From contig CBDFGR010000003.1 in NCBI GenBank assembly GCA_965247115.1, positions 2,496,001 to 2,560,000 on the forward strand: a stretch of 64,000 nucleotides of DNA, read 5' to 3'. The translations under genes and the position numbers were made by a program. Every line of letters begins with the position of its first letter. Within the stretch, counting starts at the first letter, position 1. The notes beneath the pieces were generated by a model that saw only the letters and a list, made by a program, of their open reading frames with translations, had not been told where the DNA came from and made no database searches. This document shows, one piece after another, positions 46,244 through 55,233 of the stretch. The stretch comes from Myxococcota bacterium (GTDB taxonomy: Bacteria > Myxococcota_A > UBA9160 > SZUA-336).

Positions 46244-47476
46244 TCAGCCGTCCGGGTACAGTCCGAGGGCGACGCGGCCGACGTACTCGCGCGCCTCCGT
46301 GGGCGAGAAGGGCTGCATGAACGGCCCCGCACGCACGTCTCTATACAGGCGGGAGAGCTCGTGCCCGCTCATGAAGGCGCCACCTCCGCACACATCCATA
46401 GCCCGCGAGACGATGCGAATCGCGTTCTGGTTTACGATCCACTTGGCGCACTGGTAGTCCCGCATACAAGCGTGCGCGGCCTCCAAGCTCGGGGTCTGGT
46501 CACCGAGCTCGTCGAGGAAGCCGTCGAGCTTCTGCGTCGTGTGAGTGAGCGCGGCCTGCGCGCCAGCGAGCTCGATGTCGATCTCGCCGAGCAGGTGCTG
46601 CACTCCGGCCGCATGCGCGAGCGCGCCGTCGTGCTTCGGCTTGGTCTGAGTGTGCGCGCCAGCGACGGCCAGCTCGCGCGCGCGTTCCGCAATCCCGAGG
46701 AAGACACCCACTAGTGTGATGTTCCCGAGCGTTCGGCCCATCAGCACGCCGGGGTTCCAGCGGCCCCAGCTGCCCGCGATCTGGACGCCGCCTTCGGGCA
46801 CCCTGCAGTCGCGTAGTGCGACCGACTGGCTGCCCGAGGCGCGCATGCCGAGGGCATCCCAGTCATTCTGTGGCTCGAAGCCAGGCGCGTCGGTGGGAAC
46901 GAATGCGAAGCCGATCTGATCACCCCGTGGGTCCGCGATCCGCACGTTCAGGGCGCAGAGATTCGCGGCCGGCGACAGCGTGACGAAGATCTTCCGCCCC
47001 TCGAGAGTCCAGCCCTCATCCGTTCTTGTCGCCGTTGTGCGTGGGCGGAGGAAGTCGGTCCCCGCCTCGGTCGCAGTCGCGCAGATCACGAGCTCGCCGG
47101 CTGCGATCGCGCGCAGCGTCGCTCCGTTGCGCTCCGCAGTAGCGCCATCGTCGCGCGCTCGCGCCGTGCGCCACGCCTGGACCAGGATGCGGCTCACGGC
47201 CAGGTGCATGTTGAGGGCGATGGCGGTCGACGGGTCCCCGCGGCCAAGGCGCGCCAGCCCGATCGCCCAGTCGTGCACGGAAACCAGGCCGAGCCCACCC
47301 AGCTCCCCGGGAACGAACGCTGCGATTGCCCCGCTTTTCTTCAGCTCCTCGAAGCTCTCGCCTGGAAACGAGCCGGCGGCATCGTGCTCGGCAGCACGAG
47401 CCCGGAAGGAGTCGACGTGGCCTTCGGCAATCCCAACGAAGCGCCGACCCGCTTCAGTGCAAGGGTGCAGCTCCAC
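46244..47476 (-). CDS. acyl-CoA dehydrogenase family flavoprotein
   Basis: VPGELGG, TEAGTD, LEGRKIFVT, WDALGMRASGS, RLYRDVRAG; GTG start after AGGGAG. Confidence 0.9.
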   Translation of the reverse strand: MELHPCTEAGRRFVGIAEGHVDSFRARAAEHDAAGSFPGESFEELKKSGAIAAFVPGELGGLGLVSVHDWAIGLARLGRGDPSTAIALNMHLAVSRILVQAWRTARARDDGATAERNGATLRAIAAGELVICATATEAGTDFLRPRTTATRTDEGWTLEGRKIFVTLSPAANLCALNVRIADPRGDQIGFAFVPTDAPGFEPQNDWDALGMRASGSQSVALRDCRVPEGGVQIAGSWGRWNPGVLMGRTLGNITLVGVFLGIAERARELAVAGAHTQTKPKHDGALAHAAGVQHLLGEIDIELAGAQAALTHTTQKLDGFLDELGDQTPSLEAAHACMRDYQCAKWIVNQNAIRIVSRAMDVCGGGAFMSGHELSRLYRDVRAGPFMQPFSPTEAREYVGRVALGLYPDG

Positions 47477-47984
47477 CCGTCTCCCTCTCGCGCACTGGCT
47501 GTCGGCGCTCCGCCTGTCTGCGATGGGCAACTAGCAGGTCGGCCCACCAGGTGCCCATCACGCTCGCGAAGGCGGGGCGGTCCAGCCCGTGCCGCGCTGG
47601 ATCCTCGAGCGGGACGCGATCCCAGCCGCGGTGCTCGACCGTGACGCGGGTCCCACGCTCCACCGCCTCGAAGCGGACCTCGACTTCGGTTTGCTGGCCG
47701 GCCGGGCGCCCCTCGGCCCTGGACTCCCACACGATGCGCTCTGGCGGCTCCCAGACGAGCAGCCGGCCGACTTCGAGCGAGGCGCCGCTCTCGTCGTAGA
47801 CCTCGAGGAAGCGTCCGCCGACGCGTGGCTCGAAACACATGGTGCACGACCGTTCCACAGCGTGGCGATAGCGAGGCCCTCGCCCCCACCAGGAGTCGAC
47901 CTCGTCGGTGAACACCTCGAACGCCGTGCCCGGATCGACGGAGACCAGCGTGGTCACCGTAACGCTGTCGGTGGCGGAGCTCAC
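47454..47984 (-). CDS. SRPBCC/AHSA1-like domain protein
   Basis: AFEVFT..WW, FEPRVGGR, WEPPERIV, TEVEVRF..GTRVTVEHRGW. Confidence 0.85.
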   Translation of the reverse strand: MSSATDSVTVTTLVSVDPGTAFEVFTDEVDSWWGRGPRYRHAVERSCTMCFEPRVGGRFLEVYDESGASLEVGRLLVWEPPERIVWESRAEGRPAGQQTEVEVRFEAVERGTRVTVEHRGWDRVPLEDPARHGLDRPAFASVMGTWWADLLVAHRRQAERRQPVRERETGGAAPLH

Positions 47985-48325
47985 GCCCGCTTGCCTGTTC
48001 GCGTACGCTCCGCCTGTGATTTGAAGGCGTCGAGCTGGTCGGTCCAGAACGCCTCAACGTGGTCGAGCCACTCGTGGAGGTCTGCGAAGCGCTCGCGGCG
48101 CAGTCGATAGATCCGAACGCGGGCGTCGTGCTCGACCCGTTCCTCCTCGACCAGACCGCGCCTGCGCAGCATCCGCAGGTGCCGACTCATGGCCGGGGCG
48201 CTCACCTGAAACGCGGCGGACAGCTCGCCCGCTCGATGAGGCCGCTCGCGCAAGAGCTCCACGACCCGGCGACGAGTCGGATCGGCAAGCGCAGCCAGCG
48301 TGTTGTCGAGATCGCTTGCGAGCAC
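47981..48325 (-). CDS. ArsR/SmtB family transcriptional regulator
   Basis: ALADPTRR, SAPAMSRHLRML, FWTDQLDAF. Confidence 0.92.
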   Translation of the reverse strand: MLASDLDNTLAALADPTRRRVVELLRERPHRAGELSAAFQVSAPAMSRHLRMLRRRGLVEEERVEHDARVRIYRLRRERFADLHEWLDHVEAFWTDQLDAFKSQAERTRTGKRA

Positions 48326-48334
48326 CCTGTCCTC

Positions 48335-48772
48335 CTACTCCGTCGGGACGATGTCCTCAGGCGCTACGTCGCGCAGGTGCGTCGAGAAGATCCAGCGATG
48401 TCCCTCGGGATCCACCGCGCGGTAGGTGCGGTCACCGTAAGGCTGATCTTCGAGGTCGGTGACCACGGCACCGGCAGCCTTGGCCGTGGCGTGGTGGGTG
48501 TCCACGTCGTCGACGTAGCACATGATCTGGGAGTGATGCGCTGGCAAATCGCGCGGGCTTGCGAGACCCATCTCCTCGTAGACGGAAGCGAGCATCACGA
48601 TGCTGTCCCGATACCCGAGCTCGGCGTGCCCGACCCTGCCGTCTGGCATCGGCACGCGATACCGCTCCTCGAAACCGAAGGCCTTGCAGAGGAACTCGAT
48701 CGCAGCCGGGGCCTCCGCGTAGGTGATGTAGGGGATGATGCGCTGCATACCTTTCGGGGGGTTCTGAGCCAT
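48335..48772 (-). CDS. VOC family protein (PhnB-like)
   Basis: IIPYITY, FLCKAFGFEE, HAEL, DQPYGDR.Y...DPEGH.W. Confidence 0.9.
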   Translation of the reverse strand: MAQNPPKGMQRIIPYITYAEAPAAIEFLCKAFGFEERYRVPMPDGRVGHAELGYRDSIVMLASVYEEMGLASPRDLPAHHSQIMCYVDDVDTHHATAKAAGAVVTDLEDQPYGDRTYRAVDPEGHRWIFSTHLRDVAPEDIVPTE

Positions 48773-48776
48773 CGCC

Positions 48777-49178
48777 CTATTCTCCTTCGGGACCGAGCTT
48801 GCTGGAGAAGTGCCAGTGCAGCCCCTCCGGGTCCTCGGCAGTGTACTGACGCTCCCCATAGGGCTTGTCCTCGAGCGCGGCGCTGATCTTGGCGCCGGCC
48901 GCTCGTGCTATGGCGTAGTGTGCTCCCACGTCGTCCACGTAGCACATGATGCTGCTGTGGCGGACCGCCGCGTCACGCAGGGGCACAGGCTTGCCCTCGT
49001 CGTCGAGCGGGGTCCCGAGCATGACCACGTTGTCCTGGTAGCCGACCTCCGCGTGCATGAGCGAGCCGTCTCCGCGCGCCATTCGCATGCGCTCCTCGAA
49101 GCCGAAGGCCTTGCACAGGAACTCCAGCGCCGCCGGGCCGTCTTCGTAGTAGACGTAAGGAATGATCTTCTGGCTCAC
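48777..49178 (-). CDS. VOC family protein (tandem paralogue)
   Basis: IIPYVYY, FLCKAFGFEE, HAEV, DKPYGER.Y...DPEG..W. Confidence 0.9.
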   Translation of the reverse strand: MSQKIIPYVYYEDGPAALEFLCKAFGFEERMRMARGDGSLMHAEVGYQDNVVMLGTPLDDEGKPVPLRDAAVRHSSIMCYVDDVGAHYAIARAAGAKISAALEDKPYGERQYTAEDPEGLHWHFSSKLGPEGE

Positions 49179-49227
49179 GAAAGGGCCTCCTCTATTCTAG
49201 GAAGGTCCTTCACTACCACGTCAATCA

Positions 49228-49243
49228 TTAACCGTCAAGTTAA
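49228..49243. promoter_or_regulatory. palindromic operator upstream of the VOC-VOC-ArsR-SRPBCC operon
   Basis: TTAAC-n6-GTTAA in an AT-rich island, overlapping a minus-strand TTGACG. Confidence 0.6.
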
Positions 49244-49260
49244 CAAAAGAATCGCGATCC

Positions 49261-49842
49261 TCAGTCCATCCGGTAGCGGAGGAAGCTCGAGATGATGAGC
49301 TTGTCGGTCGAGACAGGGACGTTGCCCCGATGCATGTGCGTCCATGCCGTGGGGAAGAGGATGCCAAGGCCCGCGCTGGGAGCGACCTTCAGCCGCTGGT
49401 AATAGAACTCGGTCTCGCCGCCGCGCTCCACGTCGTTCAGATAGATGATGAGTGCCACGAGCCGGCTCTGGGCCTCTTTCGAGAGCGCGTCGAAGTGCCA
49501 TTCGAAGCGCCCCCGCCCCTCCGGGTACATCTGGATCTTGTAGCCCGTCCCCTCGACGGGGTAGACGCCCAGGCTGGGATGGTCCGGGAGGTATGTCTCG
49601 AGCGCCTTGGACACTGCGCCATGCACGCGCGGATAGACGTCCGCCCAGGCGCCCTCCGGCAGGATCGGGAGATCGAGGCTGACCTTGTCGGGGCCCTCTT
49701 GCGGGCCCTCGTCGGCGTGGAGCACCTGGCCAGCCTGCGACTCATCGGAGCTGTAGAAACGGGCAACGATTTCCTCGCAGAGAGCCGGCTCCAGCAGCTC
49801 CTCGACGCACGTGATGAACTCGGTCGTTCCCCGGAAACGCAC
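49261..49842 (-). CDS. 2OG-Fe(II) oxygenase
   Basis: WHFD, IYLND..GGETEF, HMHRG..K. Confidence 0.9.
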   Translation of the reverse strand: MRFRGTTEFITCVEELLEPALCEEIVARFYSSDESQAGQVLHADEGPQEGPDKVSLDLPILPEGAWADVYPRVHGAVSKALETYLPDHPSLGVYPVEGTGYKIQMYPEGRGRFEWHFDALSKEAQSRLVALIIYLNDVERGGETEFYYQRLKVAPSAGLGILFPTAWTHMHRGNVPVSTDKLIISSFLRYRMD

Positions 49843-49876
49843 GCCCCTGCTTCGGTCCTCGACGACCGCGGCTTTA

Positions 49877-50353
49877 CTACGTCGCGTAGCTCAGGGGCAA
49901 GGCGGTCGTGTACTTGATTCGCTCCATCGCGAAGCTCGTGCTCACGTCGTAGAGCTCGACGGCCGTGATCAAGCGCTTGTACACGAGATCGTAGGCCGCG
50001 ATGTCCGGAACGACGACCCGTAGGAGGTAATCGACCTCCCCGCTCATGCGGTAGAACTCGACGACCTCAGGGATGTCGACGACCGCCCGCGCGAAGCGCG
50101 CGAGCCAGTCAGGCTCGTGGTGGCTCGTCCGAATCGCCACGAAGGCGGTCAGTGGCAGGTTCAACTTCTCGGGATTGAGGAGCGCCACGCGGCGCTGGAT
50201 GACGCCAGAGGCCTCGAGCCTCTGGACCCTCCTCCAGCAGGGCGTCGAGGTGAGCCCGACACGCGCGCCGAGCTCGTCGAGGGTCAACAGAGCGTTCTCC
50301 TGGACGCATTCCAGGATCTGACGATCGATCTCATCCATGGAAGTCTCTCCCAC
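49877..50353 (-). CDS. Lrp/AsnC regulator (DecR-like)
   Basis: STPCWRRVQRLE, EFYRMSGEVDYLLRVVVPDIAAYD, KYTTALPL. Confidence 0.92.
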   Translation of the reverse strand: MGETSMDEIDRQILECVQENALLTLDELGARVGLTSTPCWRRVQRLEASGVIQRRVALLNPEKLNLPLTAFVAIRTSHHEPDWLARFARAVVDIPEVVEFYRMSGEVDYLLRVVVPDIAAYDLVYKRLITAVELYDVSTSFAMERIKYTTALPLSYAT

Positions 50354-50468
50354 TCGATCAAGGATCTATCGGTAAATTTTCCTACCCTATCGCCGATATA
50401 GTAGAAAAATTGGAAGTACATTTCGCCACTCTCCGGGTATCTTTTCTGCCATTGGGTGGGGGCCTCGG

Positions 50469-51053
50469 ATGAGCGCAAACCTTGAATCCGTCTCGTCTGC
50501 ACCGGCACTTCCCTTCGGACTTCGGGGCATGCTCGCAGAGCTCGACGCGTACCGGGAGCCGATTCCCCTGGCGGTTCTCTGCGTGGCCCTGCAGCGGCTC
50601 GCCGTGGCTATCGGCGACCTCGTTCCGTTCGCCTGCTTCGACGAGCGCTGCTATCGCCGCACGAGACTCCATCTCGGGCCCGCCTACGAGGCTCTCCTGC
50701 TGTGCTGGCGAGCGGGACAGCGCAGCCCCATTCACGATCACCGTGGCTCGCGCTGTGCCTTCCGGGTGATAGAGGGCGTCGGCGCCGAGTCCGTGTTCGA
50801 ACGCAGCAATGCAGGACTGATCTATCCGACGATCACGACCGGGCACCCGCAAGGGTCCGTCTGTGCAGCCGAGGACAGCGACATTCACCAGGTCTCGAAC
50901 CTCCAGCCGGGCGAGGACCTTGTCACCCTCCATGTCTACTCCCCACCGCTCCACCTCATGAACACCTACTCCCTCACGGACTCGTTTGTCCGGGAGGTAG
51001 CGTCCGGTGAGCTAGACCCCGAGGTCTGGCTGCGAGCGGGAGAGGGGATCTAG
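50469..51053 (+). CDS. cysteine dioxygenase family cupin
   Basis: YRR, LLCW..GQRSPIHDH, IHQVSN, TLHVYSPP. Confidence 0.9.
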   Translation: MSANLESVSSAPALPFGLRGMLAELDAYREPIPLAVLCVALQRLAVAIGDLVPFACFDERCYRRTRLHLGPAYEALLLCWRAGQRSPIHDHRGSRCAFRVIEGVGAESVFERSNAGLIYPTITTGHPQGSVCAAEDSDIHQVSNLQPGEDLVTLHVYSPPLHLMNTYSLTDSFVREVASGELDPEVWLRAGEGI

Positions 51054-51054
51054 G

Positions 51055-52305
51055 TTGTTGCCCATTCCTCCTCGGTCGGTGGCCTCGGCCGATCCGTACA
51101 AGAACCCTGAGCTCTTTCGCTGGGCGGGAAGCATGGAGGGGCTTCCAGCCACTCCTGCCGCCGTCAGCGGGCGCGCTCGGTCCCCGTGGCAGGAGCGCGG
51201 GAACCAGCTGCTCGAAACGGTCGGGAGCATCCTCCCCGGCGTATCGATCGCCATCGGACTGGCGTTGGTGGGCCGGTTCGCGGCCGACCGGGCCGGCACG
51301 TCGCTGCTCGGCTTCGCGGAGTCCCCCGTCAGCCCGATCCTCGTCGCGATCTTGCTCGGACTGCTGATCCGCAACACGATCGGGATTCCCGTTGTCTACG
51401 ACGCCGGGCTGCAGCTCTGCCTGAAGCGGATCCTGCGCGTCGGCGTGGCGCTGCTCGGAATCCGCCTGAGCTTGAGTGCCGTGGGTTCCATCGGGCTACT
51501 GGCCCTTCCCATCGTCGTCACGTGCATCGCGACCGCGTTGCTCCTGGTGAGCGCGGTGAATCGCGCCGCGGGCCTGTCCCGACGACTCGGAACGCTCGTG
51601 GCCGTCGGCACCGCGATCTGCGGCAACACGGCCATCGCGGCAACGGCGCCGCTCATCCGGGCCGATGAGGACGAGACGAGCTACGCCATCGGCTGCGTCA
51701 CGCTCTTCGGACTCCTCGCGCTGCTCACGTACCCCTTCCTGTCTCACTGGCTCTTCGCCGGCGACCCTCGGCTCGCCGGGCTGTTCCTCGGGACCGCGAT
51801 CCATGACACCGCCCAGGTGGCGGGAGCGGGCCTGCTCTACGTCCAGCAGTTTGGAGCGCCCGAGGCGCTCGACACGGCAACGGTGACAAAGCTCCTCCGC
51901 AACCTGCTCATGCTCCTGGTGATCCCGCTGATGGGCGTCCTGTACGCCCGCTCCACGCCCGAGCAGACGACACGCTCCAGGCCGCGCTTCCTGCAGATGG
52001 TCCCGCTGTTTGTGTTCGGTTTCTTGGCGCTGGCACTTCTGCGCACGGTGGGCGACGTCGGGGCGACTCCTCTGGCGGGGCTCCTGTCCGAAGAGGACTG
52101 GCAGGGATTCATCCACACCGCCTCTCTCGGGTCGGCGTGGTGCCTGACCGTGGCCATGGCGGCGGTCGGCCTCGGAACGAATCTTCAGCGCCTGAAGATC
52201 CTCGGACTCAAGCCACTCGCGGTCGGCCTGACGGCGGCCCTGATCGTCGGCGTCGTCAGCGCCGCACTGATCCACCTCCTCGGTCCGTGGATTGGCTCAG
52301 CGTGA
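51055..52305 (+). CDS. YeiH / putative sulfate exporter family transporter
   Basis: LRVGVALLG, GTAICGNTAIAA, GTAIHDTAQV, TKLLRN, MAAVGL. Confidence 0.9.
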   Translation: MLPIPPRSVASADPYKNPELFRWAGSMEGLPATPAAVSGRARSPWQERGNQLLETVGSILPGVSIAIGLALVGRFAADRAGTSLLGFAESPVSPILVAILLGLLIRNTIGIPVVYDAGLQLCLKRILRVGVALLGIRLSLSAVGSIGLLALPIVVTCIATALLLVSAVNRAAGLSRRLGTLVAVGTAICGNTAIAATAPLIRADEDETSYAIGCVTLFGLLALLTYPFLSHWLFAGDPRLAGLFLGTAIHDTAQVAGAGLLYVQQFGAPEALDTATVTKLLRNLLMLLVIPLMGVLYARSTPEQTTRSRPRFLQMVPLFVFGFLALALLRTVGDVGATPLAGLLSEEDWQGFIHTASLGSAWCLTVAMAAVGLGTNLQRLKILGLKPLAVGLTAALIVGVVSAALIHLLGPWIGSA

Positions 52306-52374
52306 CCTGCTCGAGGCCGCTCCCCCGGTAGCGCTAGCCGATCGCCCTTCGCGGCGTCTCGCCGGCGAGCGCGA

Positions 52375-52812
52375 TCAACGCGGGGTGAGGCGGAAGAGCA
52401 AGGCGTTCTCTCGCTCCCGGCTCGAGGGCTCCCAGTCGTACTTGCTCTTGAGTGCCGCGATGAAGCTCTCCTTCTCGGCGTCGTCCTCGACGCGGACCGC
52501 GCGCAGCTCGTAGATCGTCTCGCCGACGCGCAGCCGCACGTTTGGATCCTCGGCGATGTACCCCACCCAGCGCGCGTCGCCGCCACCGGATGCGAGGTAG
52601 AAGCGGTCGCCGATTCCGGTGCCCCAGAGGTTGACCGAGTACGGGTCGGAAGGTCGGGTCTCGAGCTGGACGGTGTCCCGTGCATCTGCAAAGGACCAAT
52701 CGTCGGGCAGATCGGCTGCGAGGTTGCCCGACAGGGGTCCGCCGGGGAAGGGGCCCATCGGCCCACAGGCCAGCACGAGCGCGGAGATGGCCAGGAGGAC
52801 AGTCACCCTCAT
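52375..52812 (-). CDS. small lipoprotein, split-barrel (DUF2255/DDN-like)
   Basis: Lipobox VLAC; PYSVNLW, DPNVRLRVG. Confidence 0.65.
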   Translation of the reverse strand: MRVTVLLAISALVLACGPMGPFPGGPLSGNLAADLPDDWSFADARDTVQLETRPSDPYSVNLWGTGIGDRFYLASGGGDARWVGYIAEDPNVRLRVGETIYELRAVRVEDDAEKESFIAALKSKYDWEPSSRERENALLFRLTPR

Positions 52813-52816
52813 CGTT

Positions 52817-55213
52817 TCATGCGCCTCCGAGCAGACGGAACACCTGCTGGGGTCGGCTGATTCCCTTGAGCTCGAGGGTGCCCGCCGGCTCTGTCTCGAA
52901 ACCGTTCTTGAGCTCGGCGAGCACGCTCCCGCTCACCAGAACCTCGCCGCCGTCGGACGCGTCCGAGAGCCTGGCCGCCAGGTTGGTCACGTTGCCGATC
53001 ACGGCATAGTCTCGCCGTCCCTCGTAGCCGATGAAGCCGACCGTTGCGTAGCCCGTGTGGATGCCAAAGCCGACGTGGATATCGTAGCCCTTGCGTTGCC
53101 AGCTCTGGCGCAACCCCTCCACGTCTGCCCGCATCGCGATCGCCATGTGCCCAGCGCGCTGGACGTGATCCGGCTGCTCGACGGGATCGTTGAAGAAAAC
53201 CATGAATCCGTCGCCGGTGAAGCGTTCGAGCGTTCCGCCGTACTCCGCAATGCGAGCTCCGAGGGAATCGTGGTACTCGGCTAGCGTGGCAATGACCTCT
53301 TCCGGCTCGGCGCTCTCCGAGAATGACGTGAACCCGCGCAGGTCCGCGAAGAACACCGTCACCTGCTTGCGCCCAGTCTTCAGCTCTGCCGCACCACCCT
53401 CTGCCATGATCTGGTCGATGATCTGGGGTGAGAAGAAGCGCTTGAGATCCTGAATCTCGGCCTCCCGGGATTGAAGCTGCTGGATCGCCTCGACGCGCGA
53501 GAGAGCCTGTACGGCCTGCTGCCCCACACTGGAGAGCGCCTGGATCTCCGGCGCTTCATACGGGTCGCCAGTCGTCGCTGCTCCGACCGCCAGACCCCCG
53601 ATTACGCGACCCTCACGCAAGATCGGCACCAGCAGCTCTGCGTCGAGCCGGTCAAAGCCGGCATAGCAGTCCGCCTCGATGTTCGAGTACTGGGGCTCGA
53701 CGGCGATCTGGTCGCGAAGGATCTCCTTGCGCGTGGTCTCCATCAGCTTGATGAGCGTCTCTCCCGCCAGGGACGGCTCGCGCTCGAGGGGCAGACCCCC
53801 TGCGGCGCGCACGCGCTCGTCGGGACCGGCCGCGCCGGGAAGCAGGAAAGCGACGCTCGAGCGAGCATTGCACAGTCGCGGCGGGGCGCTCGCAACGGCG
53901 TCGAGCAACTCCTCGACGCTTGCCGGCAACGCCATCTCGGCACCGACTTCCTGCAGGAGCTCGGGGAAGCGAGCGCGCTTGGGGTAGATGCGCGCGGCCA
54001 GTCGGCGCTGAAAGCGCGGCCACCAGTAGAGCAGCGGGAAGAGCAGCAGCGACAGGGCGTAGGCTTGCACGGCCATGAGCACCAGGCCAATTCCCGTCAG
54101 GACTGTAGCGACCGCCGCGTAGGTGACGGCTTGCCTCGCGGCCGCACGGGCGTTCACGAGATTCTGACGCACCGAGATATAGCCCAACGGCAGGAAGAAG
54201 AACGCCATGGCCCAGTAGACCAGTCGCATGTCGAGTGCGAACCACTCCGTGGTATCGCGCAGGAGGGCCGCAGCTGCCGGAGGACTGCCGCCGAGAACAG
54301 CAGCGACGAGCAGGATGCGAGCGCGCTGCGCCACGAGAGGATCGCGCGTTCGGAAGCCGAGCGCGCTCGCGCGCACGATGAAAACGAGCACGGCGGCCGC
54401 CAGCAGAATCGTGTCCAGCGTTCCGATGTGACGGAACGGACCCCACCAGCCCAGTAAGAAGCCTTCCACCTGGAGCGCGCTGTGGAGGCCACCGACGCCG
54501 TAGAGGGCGAAGACCATGGAGCGTCGTCGGAGCAGCGGGTGAACGACGGGGAAGGCGAGCGCGGCGTGCAGCACGGAGAAGGGGATCAGCCCGGCCAGAC
54601 CGCTCAGGTAGATGCCCGGGAAGGTCGAGTCACCCTCCGGAAGGAGGGTGACCGTGACGAGGCTGCCTGTCACGCTGGCCAGCGTCAGGATCGCCCAGCT
54701 GGTCGCTTCGTAGGGACGCAGCGCGAAGCTCGTGACCGCCGTGGCCATGAAGATCAACGCCAGCAGGTCGATCAGGCCGTGCGTGAAGAGCGCGTCCTGC
54801 CAGGTCCACTCCGCCACGGGAATCGTGAGCTCGTGCACTTCCCCCCAGCGCTCGAAGCGGATCGTGTTGCTCGCGCCAGCCTCTCGGACCGCGAGCGCAT
54901 GCGACTGACGCTCGAAGTTCATGGGATCTACAGCGATCCCGTTGATGGCCAGCGCCCGCCCACCCCCGCGCAGCCCCATCTCGCTGGAGTCGAGCCGGGA
55001 GGGCGAGACCATCCCATGGAGGTCGGCGATCCAGCCGACGTCCGGCCGGCCGATGCGCTCCATCTTGTCCTGCGCCGAGAGACCCAGTGCGACCGCGTAG
55101 ACCACGAGCAGCGCGAAGAACAACAGCTTTTGGCCGGCACTACCGCTGAGAATGCCCAAGGCGTTCTCCTCCACTGGTAGTGTAAACTCCTGCCGGTAGG
55201 CAGGCATACTCAC
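52817..55213 (-). CDS. membrane class III nucleotidyl cyclase (PDZ-like sensor, multi-TM, GAF, CHD)
   Basis: FADLRGFT, ERFTGDG, IGNVTNLAARL, LKG; multiple TMs; GAF-like segment. Confidence 0.9.
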   Translation of the reverse strand: MSMPAYRQEFTLPVEENALGILSGSAGQKLLFFALLVVYAVALGLSAQDKMERIGRPDVGWIADLHGMVSPSRLDSSEMGLRGGGRALAINGIAVDPMNFERQSHALAVREAGASNTIRFERWGEVHELTIPVAEWTWQDALFTHGLIDLLALIFMATAVTSFALRPYEATSWAILTLASVTGSLVTVTLLPEGDSTFPGIYLSGLAGLIPFSVLHAALAFPVVHPLLRRRSMVFALYGVGGLHSALQVEGFLLGWWGPFRHIGTLDTILLAAAVLVFIVRASALGFRTRDPLVAQRARILLVAAVLGGSPPAAAALLRDTTEWFALDMRLVYWAMAFFFLPLGYISVRQNLVNARAAARQAVTYAAVATVLTGIGLVLMAVQAYALSLLLFPLLYWWPRFQRRLAARIYPKRARFPELLQEVGAEMALPASVEELLDAVASAPPRLCNARSSVAFLLPGAAGPDERVRAAGGLPLEREPSLAGETLIKLMETTRKEILRDQIAVEPQYSNIEADCYAGFDRLDAELLVPILREGRVIGGLAVGAATTGDPYEAPEIQALSSVGQQAVQALSRVEAIQQLQSREAEIQDLKRFFSPQIIDQIMAEGGAAELKTGRKQVTVFFADLRGFTSFSESAEPEEVIATLAEYHDSLGARIAEYGGTLERFTGDGFMVFFNDPVEQPDHVQRAGHMAIAMRADVEGLRQSWQRKGYDIHVGFGIHTGYATVGFIGYEGRRDYAVIGNVTNLAARLSDASDGGEVLVSGSVLAELKNGFETEPAGTLELKGISRPQQVFRLLGGA

Positions 55214-55233
55214 CTGCGCTCAGCTCTGGTTCC

